DNA of 40,338 nt from Priapulus caudatus (taxonomy: Eukaryota). The translations under genes and the position numbers were made by a program. Positions 10,811 through 24,700 of the stretch are shown one piece after another; within the stretch, counting starts at the first letter, position 1; the number at the start of each line of letters is the position of its first letter. The notes below the pieces were generated by a model. That model searched no databases. It was not told where the DNA came from and saw only the letters and a program-made list of their open reading frames with translations. The stretch covers positions 432,479-472,816 of the forward strand of contig NW_014577064.1 of assembly GCF_000485595.1 (NCBI RefSeq), written 5' to 3'.

Positions 10811-12378
10811 GTGCTGTGTAGAACAGTGCAAATCGGATAGTGTGGGCGGGTCTAGCATTAGTCCTTTCTTGCAGCCTGGTCGTGGCTGCAAATATTATTT
10901 TTCGCTACACGTTACAATCCATTGGCTGATCCATTGGAGCTACGGACATTTCAACTTCGCATGCAGAGCTAATATCCAGTAAATGATGGCAAAAAGTCGT
11001 AAACCTCAACGCATAAACCTAAGTCCTAACGAGGTATACACTAACAATAAACACCAACTCGGGTTATATACTATCTACGGAGTATGGTATCCCAAAACAC
11101 TATCTATGGTGTGGTCAAAATCAAAGCAGACCAATCAGAGGTCCTGAGAGGAGACCTAATTGATTTGTGGTAAAAAAAAAAGATTCGCGGTCGGGCTAGC
11201 GCGCGAACACGAACTACCTCTGTTTAAAGGCATTCTGTAAGCGGCAGTGTTGAGTTTACTAGTATAGGCGGCGTGGTGGCCGTCGGTGGTGAACTTTGAC
11301 AGTAGGCCGCAGTCGATATACGGTTCTAACTGCATCATCGCCAAATGGCAGATCTGGCCAACGCATATTCTTCCTGAAATGTATCTACTGTGGGTTGTAA
11401 GCTTCGCCCCGTGTGGCAATGCGGTAGCAATCGACCAGGAAACCGCTACGGGATGAGCAGCAATGATAGAACTGTATATCAATAACCATCGAAGAAGCAT
11501 ACACTTGTTGCTCAATCGCCCACGCAGGCGCTCGGTCGAATGGAGTGCCATTTTAAACTTTTATGACACGTGAACACCACCAGTAATCAACACAGACTCC
11601 CTTGGTAATCAGCTACCGGGCTTCATTAGCGCTGCGGTTCATTAGCGTTCACGATGACTGGCTTGACGCGATAATTCGGTGTGGTTATCTTGAAGAAATT
11701 TTTTTCTTAACAGTCAAAAACGATGGGCGACCGAGGGGGGGGGCGTCCGAGTCCCGAATTTCCTGTAATGTTACGTATAGACATGAGACCGGCATTAAAC
11801 GCGAAAAAGACCGAAGGGCAGAGGCGGATGATGCGTGGCTGAGCGAGAGTACAAAAAAAATGAATATCATACTATCTTCTATGACCNNNNNNNNNNTGCT
11901 TGCGTGCGTGTGCGTGTGTGTGTGTGCGTGCGTGCGTGAGCGCATAATGCGTAGTATTTATACTCGGCACGCTGTAACCTGATGTACGAGTTTCGCGTGT
12001 TCTCGCGATTGCTAAATATAATTACTATACCCACATTCAATATCACGTTCCAAAGTGTTCGCGACCAACGACTTTCGTGCACGTGATTTGCGACACAGCT
12101 CTGTCCTTCACGTTTTCCGCCTATAAAGTGAATCCCGTTCATTCGATTTATCACTGCGAGCAGCTCTACACAGAAAAAAAGTAATATATCAGCGTGTAAG
12201 ACGGGAGTCTCTGAGCTCTGTAGGCGATAGGCAGTAAACGGATTATGTGTCTACATTTTCTTATCTGTAATATTCTCTGTGGCAAAATTCCCTCATGCTG
12301 CATGCGGATAGATGTAATAACAAAAACAGATGCGAGTATTGATTCACGATAATCTCATGATGATACCGACATAATTAC

Positions 12379-12930
12379 GGAAGAAAAAGAAGAAGACGAA
12401 GGAGAAGATAGATGGGGAAGAGGAGGAAGAAGCAGAAGTAGAAGAAGAAGAAGAAGAAGAAGATAGATGGGGAAGAGGAGGAAGAAGCAGAAGTAGAAGA
12501 AGAAGAAGACGAAGGAGAAGATAGATGGGGAAGAGGAGGAAGAAGCAGAAGTAGAAGAAGAAGAAGAAGACGACGAAGAAGAAGAAGAAGAAGATAGATG
12601 GGGAAGAGGAGAAAGAAGCAGAGGTAGAAGAAGAAGACGAGAAGAAGAACAAGAAGAAGAAGAAGAAGAAGAAGAAGAAGAAGAAGAAGACGAGAGGAAG
12701 AAGAAGAAGAAGAAGAAGAAGAAGAAGAAGACGAGAAGAAGAAGAAAAAGAAGAAAAAGAAGAAGAAGAAGAAGAAGAAGAAGAAGAAGAAGAGGAAGAC
12801 GAGAAAAAAAGGAGAAGAATAATAAGAAGAAGAAATAATAATAAGAACAAACAAATAAGAAGAAAATGAATATCAAGAACAAAAACAAAACCAAGAGCAG
12901 GAACAAGACGACGAAAAGAGAAGAAAAATA
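12379..12930. repeat. (GAA)n purine tract with four higher-order units
   Basis: gaagatagatggggaagaggaggaagaagcagaagtagaagaa repeated, then near-pure (gaa)n. Confidence 0.93.
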
Positions 12931-15900
12931 AATGATAACTTGTTGGTAAAAATTACGGCATGGGCGATATGACGTTCAACTTATATCAGGAGTTACAAGA
13001 TTGCGTGGCACAGCTTTGCTGTTGATCCTGAGCGCTGCGCGTAGATGAGACGCGCAGTTCCGCGGGATATGCGAACGCGACAGCGGGGATGTTCAAGTAT
13101 GAAGCGCTGTCCGCAATGGAGACGTGCGCCAAATTCGAGGCCCGGCGCACGTCTCCACAGCGGTCAGCGGATGGTCTGTAGTTTTAGAAGATAACAATGA
13201 AGACTTTGTTCTAAATAAGAACTATCGGCGGCAAAATAAGAGCAATATATACACCATTGAATTTCTTGACTAGTATGTCAAAGGGCTTGTTGGGGGTCCA
13301 TTATGCAGAGCTTCCAATTGAAATGGCCCATGAAATTGTCAAGTGGAATTGTGTTTTTCGGAACCCCAAAGAAAATGTCTCCCTCTTACATGCACCCCCT
13401 CCCTGATCAATCACGCATTCAGGCGTAAACAATAACAGAGATGAAATTGTGTTGAGTTTGTAGCTCTTGACGCACGTGCATTGACGTACAAGACCGTTGA
13501 AAGCACAGGCACTTGGAACGTATCAATAAAAATAAATATTCACAACATTTTTCACAAAGATTGACCGCGTGTGTGTAAAATATGTGAACGTATGTGAAAC
13601 ATATACGGTTAGTACTTACTGTGACATATCGGTGACTAACTGACACCACTAAATTGGTAAAATGTTCCATGCACCTTAAGAAATTCCGAGAAATTCCGAG
13701 GTTATCATCGCAGAACTCCCTAACACCGCCTATCCTCATGTCACAAAGCTATATGTAAACAAACTCGCGTGTTGCGAGGTGCCTGCCTCCGATATCCATT
13801 TCGAGGCCCGCTAAGCCAAGCATATAGCGCGCGGGCAAGACGTCACACACACAGCTACGTTCATTGGCTATTAACAATCGAGTAGCGCGGTTAGTGATTT
13901 CCGAATTATTTAATTTTAAGAAAAACTTTAATGTTCAATGAATGACGTACTTGTTCGCTTCCGAAAGCGGGTAAAAATGCCGAATTTTTCCACGTCGATG
14001 CGAAATGCATCGGCCGGCCATTTCATTATTTACGAAAAGTAAACAGGCTGGCGAGAGACAGTAGCTACAGGAACTGGTGACGTCGGTGACGCCCCATTCA
14101 TGTCCATCAACAAAAAAGGAAGAGCTTATTCTGATTACGGAGATGCAAAAATGCAACAGAAGGACGTAGCGCAGTGCACTAAACAACGTGTTATTTTCGT
14201 ATTTGTGCCAAACTCTATCGTAGGAAACCGTTCTAGCCTAGCAGAATGCCCTAGTTCCTGAGATCGGCAATTTGGTGCTGTAATGGGTCCTACCTTTCAA
14301 CGGGTGCGGCGTAGGCTGTGATTGGAAGACACAAAGTGTCAATCCTCGGCGCGCCTCGGCATCATGGCCTTGATGGCCACATCACGTCCAGATGTTGGCA
14401 TGATTGCATTACACCTGAATGGAATAATGAAACACAACAAAACAACAATGAAGTCGGAGCAACAATGAAGTCGGTTTATTAGTATATTTCGGTTAGTTAG
14501 TCTGGAAGCGCTGCGATACTATACTGTGATACTATATGCTTAGATGAAATAGTTGTTGTCGTTTTCTAACTTTATGTAAATGTTCTAAATTCACTTTCCA
14601 ACGATCGTTCACGGTTATTTGTACGACGAGAGAGATGTGTGAACGCAGTGTTTGACTGGTGTCTCTCCACTCGTAGAAATGAGTTTTTCATCAATATCGT
14701 TGAGTAGGCATATATTTATACCTCCAGCGCATGTAAACACAATAATTTAATTAAATGTCTCTGCTGGTTAGTTATAGACAAGCTTTGCAATCTCATTTAA
14801 ACTCGGCCGTATAGCATATGTAACTGTACACAACGACGCAGTGATATCGCGTTTAAATACAATTTACTTACCATATCTATCACCTTATATGTTTGCGCAC
14901 CCACGCATGCGTACGTATGCAATAGAAATTCAGAGATCCAAATTCAGAGAGTTTATCTCTAAAACTTTAACGCTGAGTGTTTATCTCTAAGACTTTAACT
15001 TTGCGAGTTTATCTCTATAAAAGAAAAGAAATCACGTTAAAATCTCTAGACTAGCTCTGAGCTTAATTGCTCTTGGAGATCGAGATGTATTCGAAATCCG
15101 TTCATCCGGCTACCGCCAACTGCTCTTGTAAGCGTGAGGAACAGCGTGTTGTGACGGAATTTGTGTGGGTGGGAATGAACGGAAGGTGTTCGCCCAAATG
15201 GGCTCTTTTCTTATGTCGAGTTATTGAATCCCTTTCACACTCGTGTCTTTGAACATGCAGGCATGAAGATAATAATTTAGTTATCTGTTAGGCGATGGAT
15301 AAAGGCCTTGCACATCCGCTCACGTTCATGCTAGTTAGCAGAGAAAACTCGATGATAAGGCTGAACTGCCCATCACTAACAGCCTCAGCGGTGTCGCCAT
15401 TTAGCTACCAAATGCTTTTGGCCAGCCTTGCGTAGCGTCTGCGCATACGAGTTACACATAAACGGCAGTGAATGCATAAGAATTTATATGCGTGATGGAG
15501 AACCATGCAACCTCTATTATTATAGAGGGAATCTTCTATTATTTATACCAGCGGAAGGAGACCATTTGCAAGGGGTAAAATCACCATAATGAATTAATGT
15601 TGTCCGTGCGCGTATAACGCGCATGCAGGATTGGCTGTATATGTTTAAAAAAATCCCACAAACCTTCATAAATTGGATGTCTACAAAGGTCAGATGCCAT
15701 TAGAATAAAAGAGTATTATTCGTGTTTCTAGTAGAGCTGCACCACATTTTTAGCTCAGATATAGAGTTATTCCATATCCTTATTTGTGGCAGCTGCAAAG
15801 GCTATCAGTTTCTATTTTTTCAATGACTAAATAAATTTTTTCTGGATATTATACTCGATCATAGACATCAGAACATCTGTGCATTTTCCGCATCGATCGT

Positions 15901-16314
15901 AATTGCACTGAATCGATGATTCCCGACATTTTTGTCTCGGGGTCTTCATGATATCTTGATAGATTTTTTGAGATTTTTTGTATTTTGAGATCGTTTCCTG
16001 TCGGCCGTACACTCATTTTGACGAAACAAAAATTCTTCACTATTATCAGGAGCCTTTGGGTAAGCGCGTCAGCGCAGCGAACACCAAACGAAGGACTCGT
16101 GTGCATAGCCATTCCCAGAAGGGGTGGGGGCAATTATTATACCGGAACCAGTCAGGTCGTTGTTCGGTATGCGCAGCAGTAAATTGAATAAGAATGGTTG
16201 AGATTGTTGTGCTAGTAGTAGTAGAAGTTGTAGTAAGCGACGGCGAGAAAGAGAAATTGAGAGAGAGGGAGAGAGATACAGCGTATGCACGAGCGTGCAT
16301 CTGCAAAAAATCAA

Positions 16315-16336
16315 AAACACACAAACGCGCGCGCAC

Positions 16337-16395
<59 letters not shown>

Positions 16396-16421
16396 TTCTC
16401 ATACATACATGAACGCGCGCG

Positions 16422-16482
<61 letters not shown>
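16315..16482. repeat. Two (CA)n microsatellites
   Basis: Direct reading. Confidence 0.95.
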
Positions 16483-16484
<2 letters not shown>

Positions 16485-16610
16485 GCAGGCAAAGAGACAA
16501 ATCCACGTACACTGGCACGAAAAGATATAGTTGCACTCTATTATATTAGTGAGAGCTAGTGTGCAACAGTCGCGCCGCGAGATCAATGGCTGCCGGTAAT
16601 GCAATGGTAG

Positions 16611-16738
16611 GAAACTATCGGCGATAACAGGTGAAAGAGAGTAGGCCTATAGTATAGAAACATTAAGAATTTTGTACTAAGTAAATAGATTTCGTATTTA
16701 GTTAGCATTATATTTTATTGAAACGCTTCAAGTGCCTG
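16611..16738 (+). repeat. Short dispersed repeat, copy 1 (others at 19108-19224 and 38403-38515; inverted fragment at ~13506-13535)
   Basis: Shared blocks gaaa(c/t)tatc(g/a)g...gaaaga(g/c)agt... and ttattgaaacg..(t/c)caagtgcctg. Confidence 0.7.
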
Positions 16739-18494
16739 TGGTCTACTCGATACAGTGCATGCATGTCTTATTTACGAACACTGTAAATCAGTAAATGTCG
16801 TCTTATTAACTCTATATATAGGCTTATATTTCAGTTCGTTATCATAGCATAATAGTTTAGCAACACAAAACAGAGAAGATTATTGTAGTTACCGTATCGT
16901 TGACTCTGGTATTCTACATCTACCGTCACACTGACTCGTTTACGCACACATACAAACCGCCATAACGCACAATGCGCTATAAGTATAAGCTTTTATAACT
17001 GCTTGCACACGAACTCATCCAAAAACGAACCTAAAATCGTCCAATTCCTATCACATGCGAGCCGTACACTCGGAGTGATTCGGATTTTGCTGAGTTACTG
17101 AGTTAGAGGTCAGGGTTAGAGGGGGTCATAGTTACGGAGTATCAAGTGATTCGGTAAGTTGATGGCCGAACTGCATGAGATTTGAGAGTTGAATTCAACA
17201 AGCCTCCAACACATGCAAAGCAAGGGTTACGGCACCCTTACGGGCTTATATATACCGCTCGCTCGTTACGTAATCCGCAATGTATGTTGATTAAAATTAA
17301 TACACACCGAATGCCTTCAATTATGCACAATATTAATAAATTTGCACAAACAAATATATCGCGTGTTGACTCCAACATGGTGGTTGCAGGCGCGCAAATC
17401 CATTTTGAAATGTGGGGGGAACACCAGTAGCTTGCACGCGAAGGGGGGGGGTGTACATTGTACACATTGTACATGATAAATACAAAATAATATTTATCAT
17501 GTACAATGTATTTTCTCATGTATTTATTTTTCGTGCTATGGATTTCTTTTATTTTTCTCTACTTAGTATACTCTCTCTCTCTCGCTCTCCCTCGCCTCTC
17601 CACTCCGCTCGTCTCTCTCTATTGCTCTCTCATCCTCTCTTCTTTCTCAATCTTCCCGCGCAGTGGCGCTCCCTAACCCCAACATGCGTTCCCCTCCCGC
17701 TCCCCGCCTCCTTTTCTCCTGTCTCATCCTCTCCCGTCTCCCGTCCCCCCTTCTCCCGTACCCTCCCCCCTGTACACCTCTCACCTACAACTCTGAAAGA
17801 TTGTAACACATCACTGTAAAAAAGCGCGTCAGGGTTTTATATTAGGTGCCGTCTTTCATAAGTTATGGTTGCTTATTTCCATAAACTTTTAATCCAAGCA
17901 TGAGCACTTTAAGCACTTTTTTGGTAAATATGGAACGCAAACTCAAATAGCGGTCACCACTAGATGAGTCTATATATATAACCGCGTCAGTAAAACGCGC
18001 GCACACACGCGCGCGCGCGTATACACGTAGGCACACACGTTCACACGCAAGTACATAATATACACGCACACACCGTGACACACTTACATACACGCACACA
18101 CACACACACACGCACACACGCGCTCAGACACACACTCGCACGCAAAACACACGCGCGGCGCATGCATGCGCGCACACTCGCACGCACGTACGCACGTACA
18201 AAAATTCATTCATCATGATAATTAAATAAAATAAAAATTTTTTCCCCCCCCCTATGCAGAATAACAGTACTTATCTGTAGATGAACTTGTAAGAGATCGG
18301 TTCGGAAATTGATGCCCCCAGTATTCTTCATAGCCTGAAAACACAAAAATAAAAATGATAAAATTTATAAATTACCTTATGTATTATTATATAAATATAC
18401 ATACAAACAGGAGTCTATCAATATTGATAGACTCCTGATACAAATATAAATATATGCGGTTAGCGAAGGAGAGAGGTGGGGTGGTAAGAGTGAC

Positions 18495-18497
18495 AGA

Positions 18498-18541
<44 letters not shown>

Positions 18542-18585
18542 AGAGAGAGAGAAGAGAGAGAGAGAGCAGAGAGAGACGAGAGAGG

Positions 18586-18621
<36 letters not shown>

Positions 18622-18625
18622 AGAG

Positions 18626-18684
<59 letters not shown>

Positions 18685-18785
18685 GAGAGAGAGGGAGACC
18701 AAGAGAGAGAGGAGAGAGAGAGAGAGAGAGTGGGAAGGAGAAAAAGATGGAAAAAAGTAGAGAGCAATTAAGAGCGAGAGAGAAA
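18495..18785. repeat. (GA)n microsatellite/low-complexity tract
   Basis: Direct reading. Confidence 0.95.
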
Positions 18786-19107
18786 GATTTTAAACTCGGC
18801 AGTTTTTGCCGTATATATCCTTACATAGGGAAAGCTGTACTGCTTACATAAATAAATTTAATTTATTTAGCGACGTATTTAGGATCAGCGCCCGCTCGTG
18901 TGTCGGGTGTGCGTGCACGAGTCAGCGCGCGCGCGTGCGTGCGTGCGTGCGTGTACACGACTTCGCGGCGGTAGCAGTACAGAGCGAGATCGCGCGCCAG
19001 CACCAGCCACACTTACTGCCACCTGCGTGGCACTCTCCTATGAACTCTCGGATGATCAGTTATTAACCTCAAGATTATTCTTAATTACTCGTCCTAAGGG
19101 GTGAACG

Positions 19108-19224
19108 GCATTTACAAGAAATTATCGGCAATAATAAGCGAAAGAGAGTAAATTATGACTTTGGTAGTAAATATGTTCCGTGTTTATTTACCATGTTTTT
19201 TTATTGAAACGTTCCAAGTGCCTG
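19108..19224 (+). repeat. Short dispersed repeat, copy 2
   Basis: gcatttacaagaaattatcggc...ttattgaaacgttccaagtgcctg aligns by eye with 38403-38515 and 16611-16738. Confidence 0.7.
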
Positions 19225-19600
19225 CATGTGCGCGTAACCACCATTAAATCGCATAATAAAGTAATGATAAAAAAATTAAAAATAATAAAATAATGTGTAG
19301 CTTTCTTATAATCGACAGTAATAAATTGTCAATAATGTTATTGTCGTAATAAATACAAAATGTCATGCAAGCACGAGGAGACAAGCGGTCTTAGCAATTA
19401 GGAATGTCATGAGATCGGAACGCAACTTGAGCTTGAAATGAAATGACAATGATTTACGAATTAATCAAGCTTTTTGCATCATTTTTCTAAGCCAGCACAA
19501 ATCTCTATCTCGTTTTACGTAAAAAATCAGGAATTAACCCCATTGAAAATGTTAGTAAATCACAACCGAGTAAAGTTACTACTGGGGAAATACGGCCTTA

Positions 19601-19619
19601 CAACGCCACCTGGTGGCCG
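19601..19619 (-). promoter_or_regulatory. Candidate CTCF site
   Basis: Minus strand reads cggccaccaggtggcgttg, matching the CCACCAG(G/A)(G/T)GGCG core. Confidence 0.4.
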
Positions 19620-21642
19620 TGTCGATCTCACCTTTCACCTATATCGTCAATTTTATTGATAAGTATAGCAATTGTACAGATATGAAGTACAATACTGTGG
19701 TGCGGTCGCACCCCCATTTTTTTCCAGTTTACCCCGGGAATTGGATATTTAGCCGGCAAGTCAATTCGTTACGCAAATGTTAGCGTAGGGCCAATATTTT
19801 CGCGTGTTTATGCATAAAGCTTTTGTATCGCCCGTATAAAACTGCGGGTCCTGGACCCCGACCGCGAGGGACTTCACGTTCGTCATGTTCGCCCTCATTA
19901 CTTCACAGAAAATTTTAATTTGAAGCTCTTTTTGAAAAGCTTGAGACGGGCCTGATATTGTGTGAACAATAGCATCGAGGCACAAATAACGCGCAGGCGT
20001 TCTGAGGTTATATATGCTTCTCACGGGTATCTACAGATTGCAGTCTCATAACGATGCAAGTCCGTAGGTATAATGATGTAATATTTTTTAAATGTATGAA
20101 AGTTGACGATATATGGCATATAATTTCAGATTCATCAATGTGCAAAAGTTTAGTTTGCATTTAATAATGATAGACATGCCGAAATATTTTCGCTTAATTA
20201 CTAATTAGACACATAATGATTAAATCTTTTTTCTTGTTTTGTCGCATTTCTATTATATTTGCTCCGTTATTATTAGCTCCGATAATCCACCACCAACTAC
20301 TTGTATTAACAGAACCAAAAATAATTCATTTAATATAAAAGATGGAAACTGTACCTTTTAATTTAACATATTACCATAATCTTATTAGCAGTTAGATTAC
20401 TAGAATTATGCCAATGAACATTCCCCTTAAGTATAATCACATATTCTACAAACTAAGCAACATGGTATGTTCTAAAACGCGTAATAATTAAAGCAGGTTA
20501 CAAAGAACATAAATGGTGGTACGTATCAATTACTGCATTGCAGCTGAAAAACTACTGTTTAATGTAGCAGAAACAATCGGGAACACATTTAAAATAGACT
20601 ATTGTCAATAAAATTTCTGGCATGCAGAATTACATACCCACAGCATAGATGTGTATCAGAATCGAAAAGTTATGGCAATTTTGGTTGATCAATTCTGTGA
20701 TGGTCAAGTAAATACGAAATTGATGTTTACACTTCTCACACCAGGCTAGCTGTTACGTTCAACTTTACTAACTATGTGATAATTACACATATATACTACT
20801 CTTTTAATACACTATGGAACAAAATATATCGTCTTAATGAGTATCAGGCACAGACAGTGTACCTTGTATCGATAACTGCTACGTAAAGGTTGTATTACTA
20901 AAATAATTTCCCATTTTACAGCAGTTGAGCTGGAAGAAACAACACAGATCTCTTAAAATCACTCACTAGATCAAAATGTCAAAATCAAAATACTAACTTG
21001 TCTGGTGACTACATTATACAAACATCTATTAATTATATATTTTATTATTTTGGACATTTATAAATAATTAATTAATCATTACATTATAAAGACATTACTT
21101 TGGCTGTTCGATATAATACAATAGATTAAATTTTAATTTGAAATACAACGGGAAATTAACACTGACAGGGAAGGAATACTGAGTTATCAACTGGCCGTCA
21201 CGGATAACAAAATAAATACGAGCTTTTAAAGCTTAAATTCAAAACGAACACTATAACCAATAATAAATACGTATTTCTCTTTCTCTCTCTCTATTTCTAT
21301 CGCTCTAACTAATACTGGTACTGATGATTGAGATCAAATATTTTGCATTAAAGAAAACCAACGGATGTATTACATATCGCAAGGTTGAAGTGCACCCTTA
21401 CTTCAAGATGCAGCAGAAGCACCGAGATTGGTGTCACTGATCCATGCAAATACATTTTTGTGGAACAACATCAGGAAAAACTTACACGTGGAAACTGCAA
21501 TTCTCCTCAAAATGAAAGTCGGGTGAAACTTGCCCTCATTGTTGCCATACCAAAGTATGCCATAATTTCTATCCCTCTGGTTTGGCAAAAAGGAATAAAT
21601 GGCGAGTTTGTTGTCATTGGTTTTTGCGCAGGTTTACGAACG

Positions 21643-21763
21643 TCAAACATCGGGCAATGATACTTCATCTGCCGCCCCATAGACATGACCGGTTGTGTTA
21701 AGCAGAGTTCGCATCGGCACCCCCGTTGTTATGGAAACGACTGCTTGCCCCAGCATGTAAACA
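21643..21763 (-). CDS. GGCX: GGCX last coding exon
   Basis: ctttcag|[16 protein letters not shown]...DEVSLPDV then TGA at 21645-21643. Confidence 0.72.
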
Positions 21764-24700
21764 CTGAAAGATAGAATCATAGAGACGTTACTAAAGTGAT
21801 ATTTAGTAACCATTGAACTGAGAACAGGTTTCTGTAAAGGTTTACATGTAGTATTGGTGTGGATGAAGCCATAACTATGGTTCTCATTTCCATTACGTGC
21901 TCAAACCCCATGCAATATTTCATTGCAACAAACTGCATTGATGATAATAAGTATTGTATGCTCTAATTTTTGATATACAAAATATTAAAATATTATGTAC
22001 TATAATTGTTAATACTAGTTAGTTTATTCAGCAGTGACTAAATATAATCAGAAGTGAATAACAATAGATTCTATTATTATTCACTCCTGATATAATAATG
22101 ATATTTAAAAGTAGCTTCTTAATTTCTTCTTTATTAATTTACTTCATTATTGTTCCTTCATTATTACTTCATGTAGCTTCATTATTGCTTCTTAATAATG
22201 TAACAGTAAACTCTACACAGTACACTTTACTCTGTGAGAACATGCATGCATGCTACTCTCCTATTTAAAGCAATTTTGTACTTGACGCAATTAAGTCACT
22301 GATTGTTGCGTTCAGTGATCGAATTTAATAAACCTTGACAAAAAAAACATTCATCACGTGTCATTAAATTCTCAGAGCAAAGAAAGTCCTAGTTTCATAC
22401 CTGTTCCAGAATTGCCAGAGCTTGTTAAACCAGTATAAACCTGCGGCATCTACAATTCCCCTGCCCTTCTGCATCTGCAATTTGTTCTTGTGCATGAGTA
22501 GGTCCATGTAGCGCCATGAGTCCGGGGTTGCTTCCATGACAGCGTCCAAATCTTCAGGCGCACCTACAGCCGTAAAAATCACTCTCTATAGTGTGATTTA
22601 TCATTAATAGTCATCAATAAGTCAATAAACCACACAGGTTGATTAACAACTCTAGCGATATATGGCACGTCCTCTTTTCCACAAATGGCAGTTTCTTAAT
22701 GATTGGTGGCTTGCAAATTACACATGCCGTTGCACTGAAGGAGTGATGAGACTACTATCTTCACCTCGGTGACTATCTAGTATCTAGTTCACTATCAGCA
22801 TTAGTGCAACGATCGTGAATTGCAGCTCTATCGAGTAGCTGTAGGCATACACACTGAGACTCAATCGCCCCAGGACCAGAGTTCGTTGAACGTTTGTAAA
22901 TTCAGACAGTCATCACAGCATTTAGAAGAGCAATCAGAATCTGACAAGCACTAGCAGACCTTGACACTACGTTTGTGTGGGCCGCAGCTCAAGGTCAACA
23001 GACTTCGGCAAGCATGTTACGAGCACTTGCTGTTCTGAGTGCAAACGAGCCGAAGGCCACACGTTGCACCTGCAATCCCCTGGTCAGTATTCCCATCGCG
23101 CACTAACAGACGAGATAACAAGAAACATAATGCGTGGATGAACTCCATCATGCCGTCTTTCCTGCTACGACAGCGCGTGAACTGTCAGCGTAAGCACCGA
23201 GGACAGAACCATGCAGTCAGGTGCTATAGCCATGACAGCAATCCCTCGCAGGAAGTTTAATTACCGTCAGTGACGTTAGCATCTGCGAGCTTCGCCTCAA
23301 ACTCAGTAAGGTTACGCTGCAGCTGAACGAGAGTCATGTTCGTGTAAAGGTACATGTAGCAGGATGGCGTCGCCGACACCGTGTGCACAAAGTGGAATGC
23401 CCCAGGATTTATCTGCAACAGAATTCAGTCCGTTCGTGAACGATAAATAGTCCGTGCATCAATAACTATTCGCTTCTCATTTTTTCGAGTTTTCTGATAA
23501 GTCGATACGAGCTTCATTCATTTGGCTATGTGAAATAAACTTAAAGCAGAATCAATACCAACAGCTGAGAAATTCTAAAACATCGTACGCACCTGAACCT
23601 GGTCTCCTGTCTGCAATGACACGTTACCAATATTCTCTTGCTCCACAACCAGATTTCCCTTGAGGACATGCAAGGAAACATTCCCAAGTTCCTCTTCTAT
23701 ATAGTTTTCCAAGTATAAACCTAAAGTATTTATAAATTAAGTAATTATTAGAAAGGAAAATACTGCTACTCTCATGTAGCAATGTTGATGTAATACGTAT
23801 TTAACTTGAAAGTATGTAATATAAAGATTATTAATATTATTGTAATGTACTTTGTTATGTGACAAAATTTAATAGGCTTGAAAAACTCCTCATCACATGC
23901 AAGGCACACCTTATTATATCAATGTGTATAATGAGTCAATATATTATTGCAAAACAAGTCATAGAGACAATATGAAAATATATACACAATATATCAAGAG
24001 TAGATAATATAACTATGATTATCTACTATTCTACTACTACTATATTATTCTACTACTACTATATTATACTGTTATTATCTACTCTTGAATATATGTATAC
24101 ATATATAATATATATAGTATATATTTTTTATTTAAAAAACGTGACAATTAACCATGCTCTCTAGTTTAAGCAAATTAGTTCAAGCAAGTTATTAATATTT
24201 AAATCCAAAATTTATTTATTATTATGATATTATGTATTATTTATTATATATATGCAAGTTATTATTATGTAGATTATTATTTCCTCTCTAAAATATGACC
24301 AACCAATCATCTACACTACTTTTTTGGGCTGCGATATTTGTTTGTAATCTTCACAGATTTTTACCATTACACCACTGGTAGAAATGGATTTTATCCTGGT
24401 ATATGTGCATATGCTGTATAAGTATAAGGTATACTAAACGTCTTGTTACTTCCATTCTTCCACAGCGTGCATGCCCTCCTTGACTTGAACCCACTTTAAA
24501 TTCATAGCGTCTGTACCATCGTCTGAATACGCCTGCTTTTCATTGCCCAGCGCTATTATTGTGCATACACATTTGCATGCACGTTTTCAGATATAATTTG
24601 ATGCACCTGCATAAAATACAATTTCCTGCTCCTGCATACCGTGTTTACGTGGGTATATATCCCGCAAGACCCACGACTGTCACGGCAATTTGCAGCCCTT

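Noticed and set aside
11265..11335. Possible tRNA or tRNA-derived SINE head (tggccgtcggtggt ... ggttctaac)
   Set aside because: A/B boxes are weak and I could not fold a cloverleaf
12344..12906. Poly-S/F/L ORFs
   Set aside because: Translations of the (GAA)n tract
6738..21643. Functional link between the LGR and GGCX as a gene system
   Set aside because: Convergent neighbours 15 kb apart, with no shared promoter and no Gla-type propeptide visible in the receptor fragment; adjacency alone is not evidence
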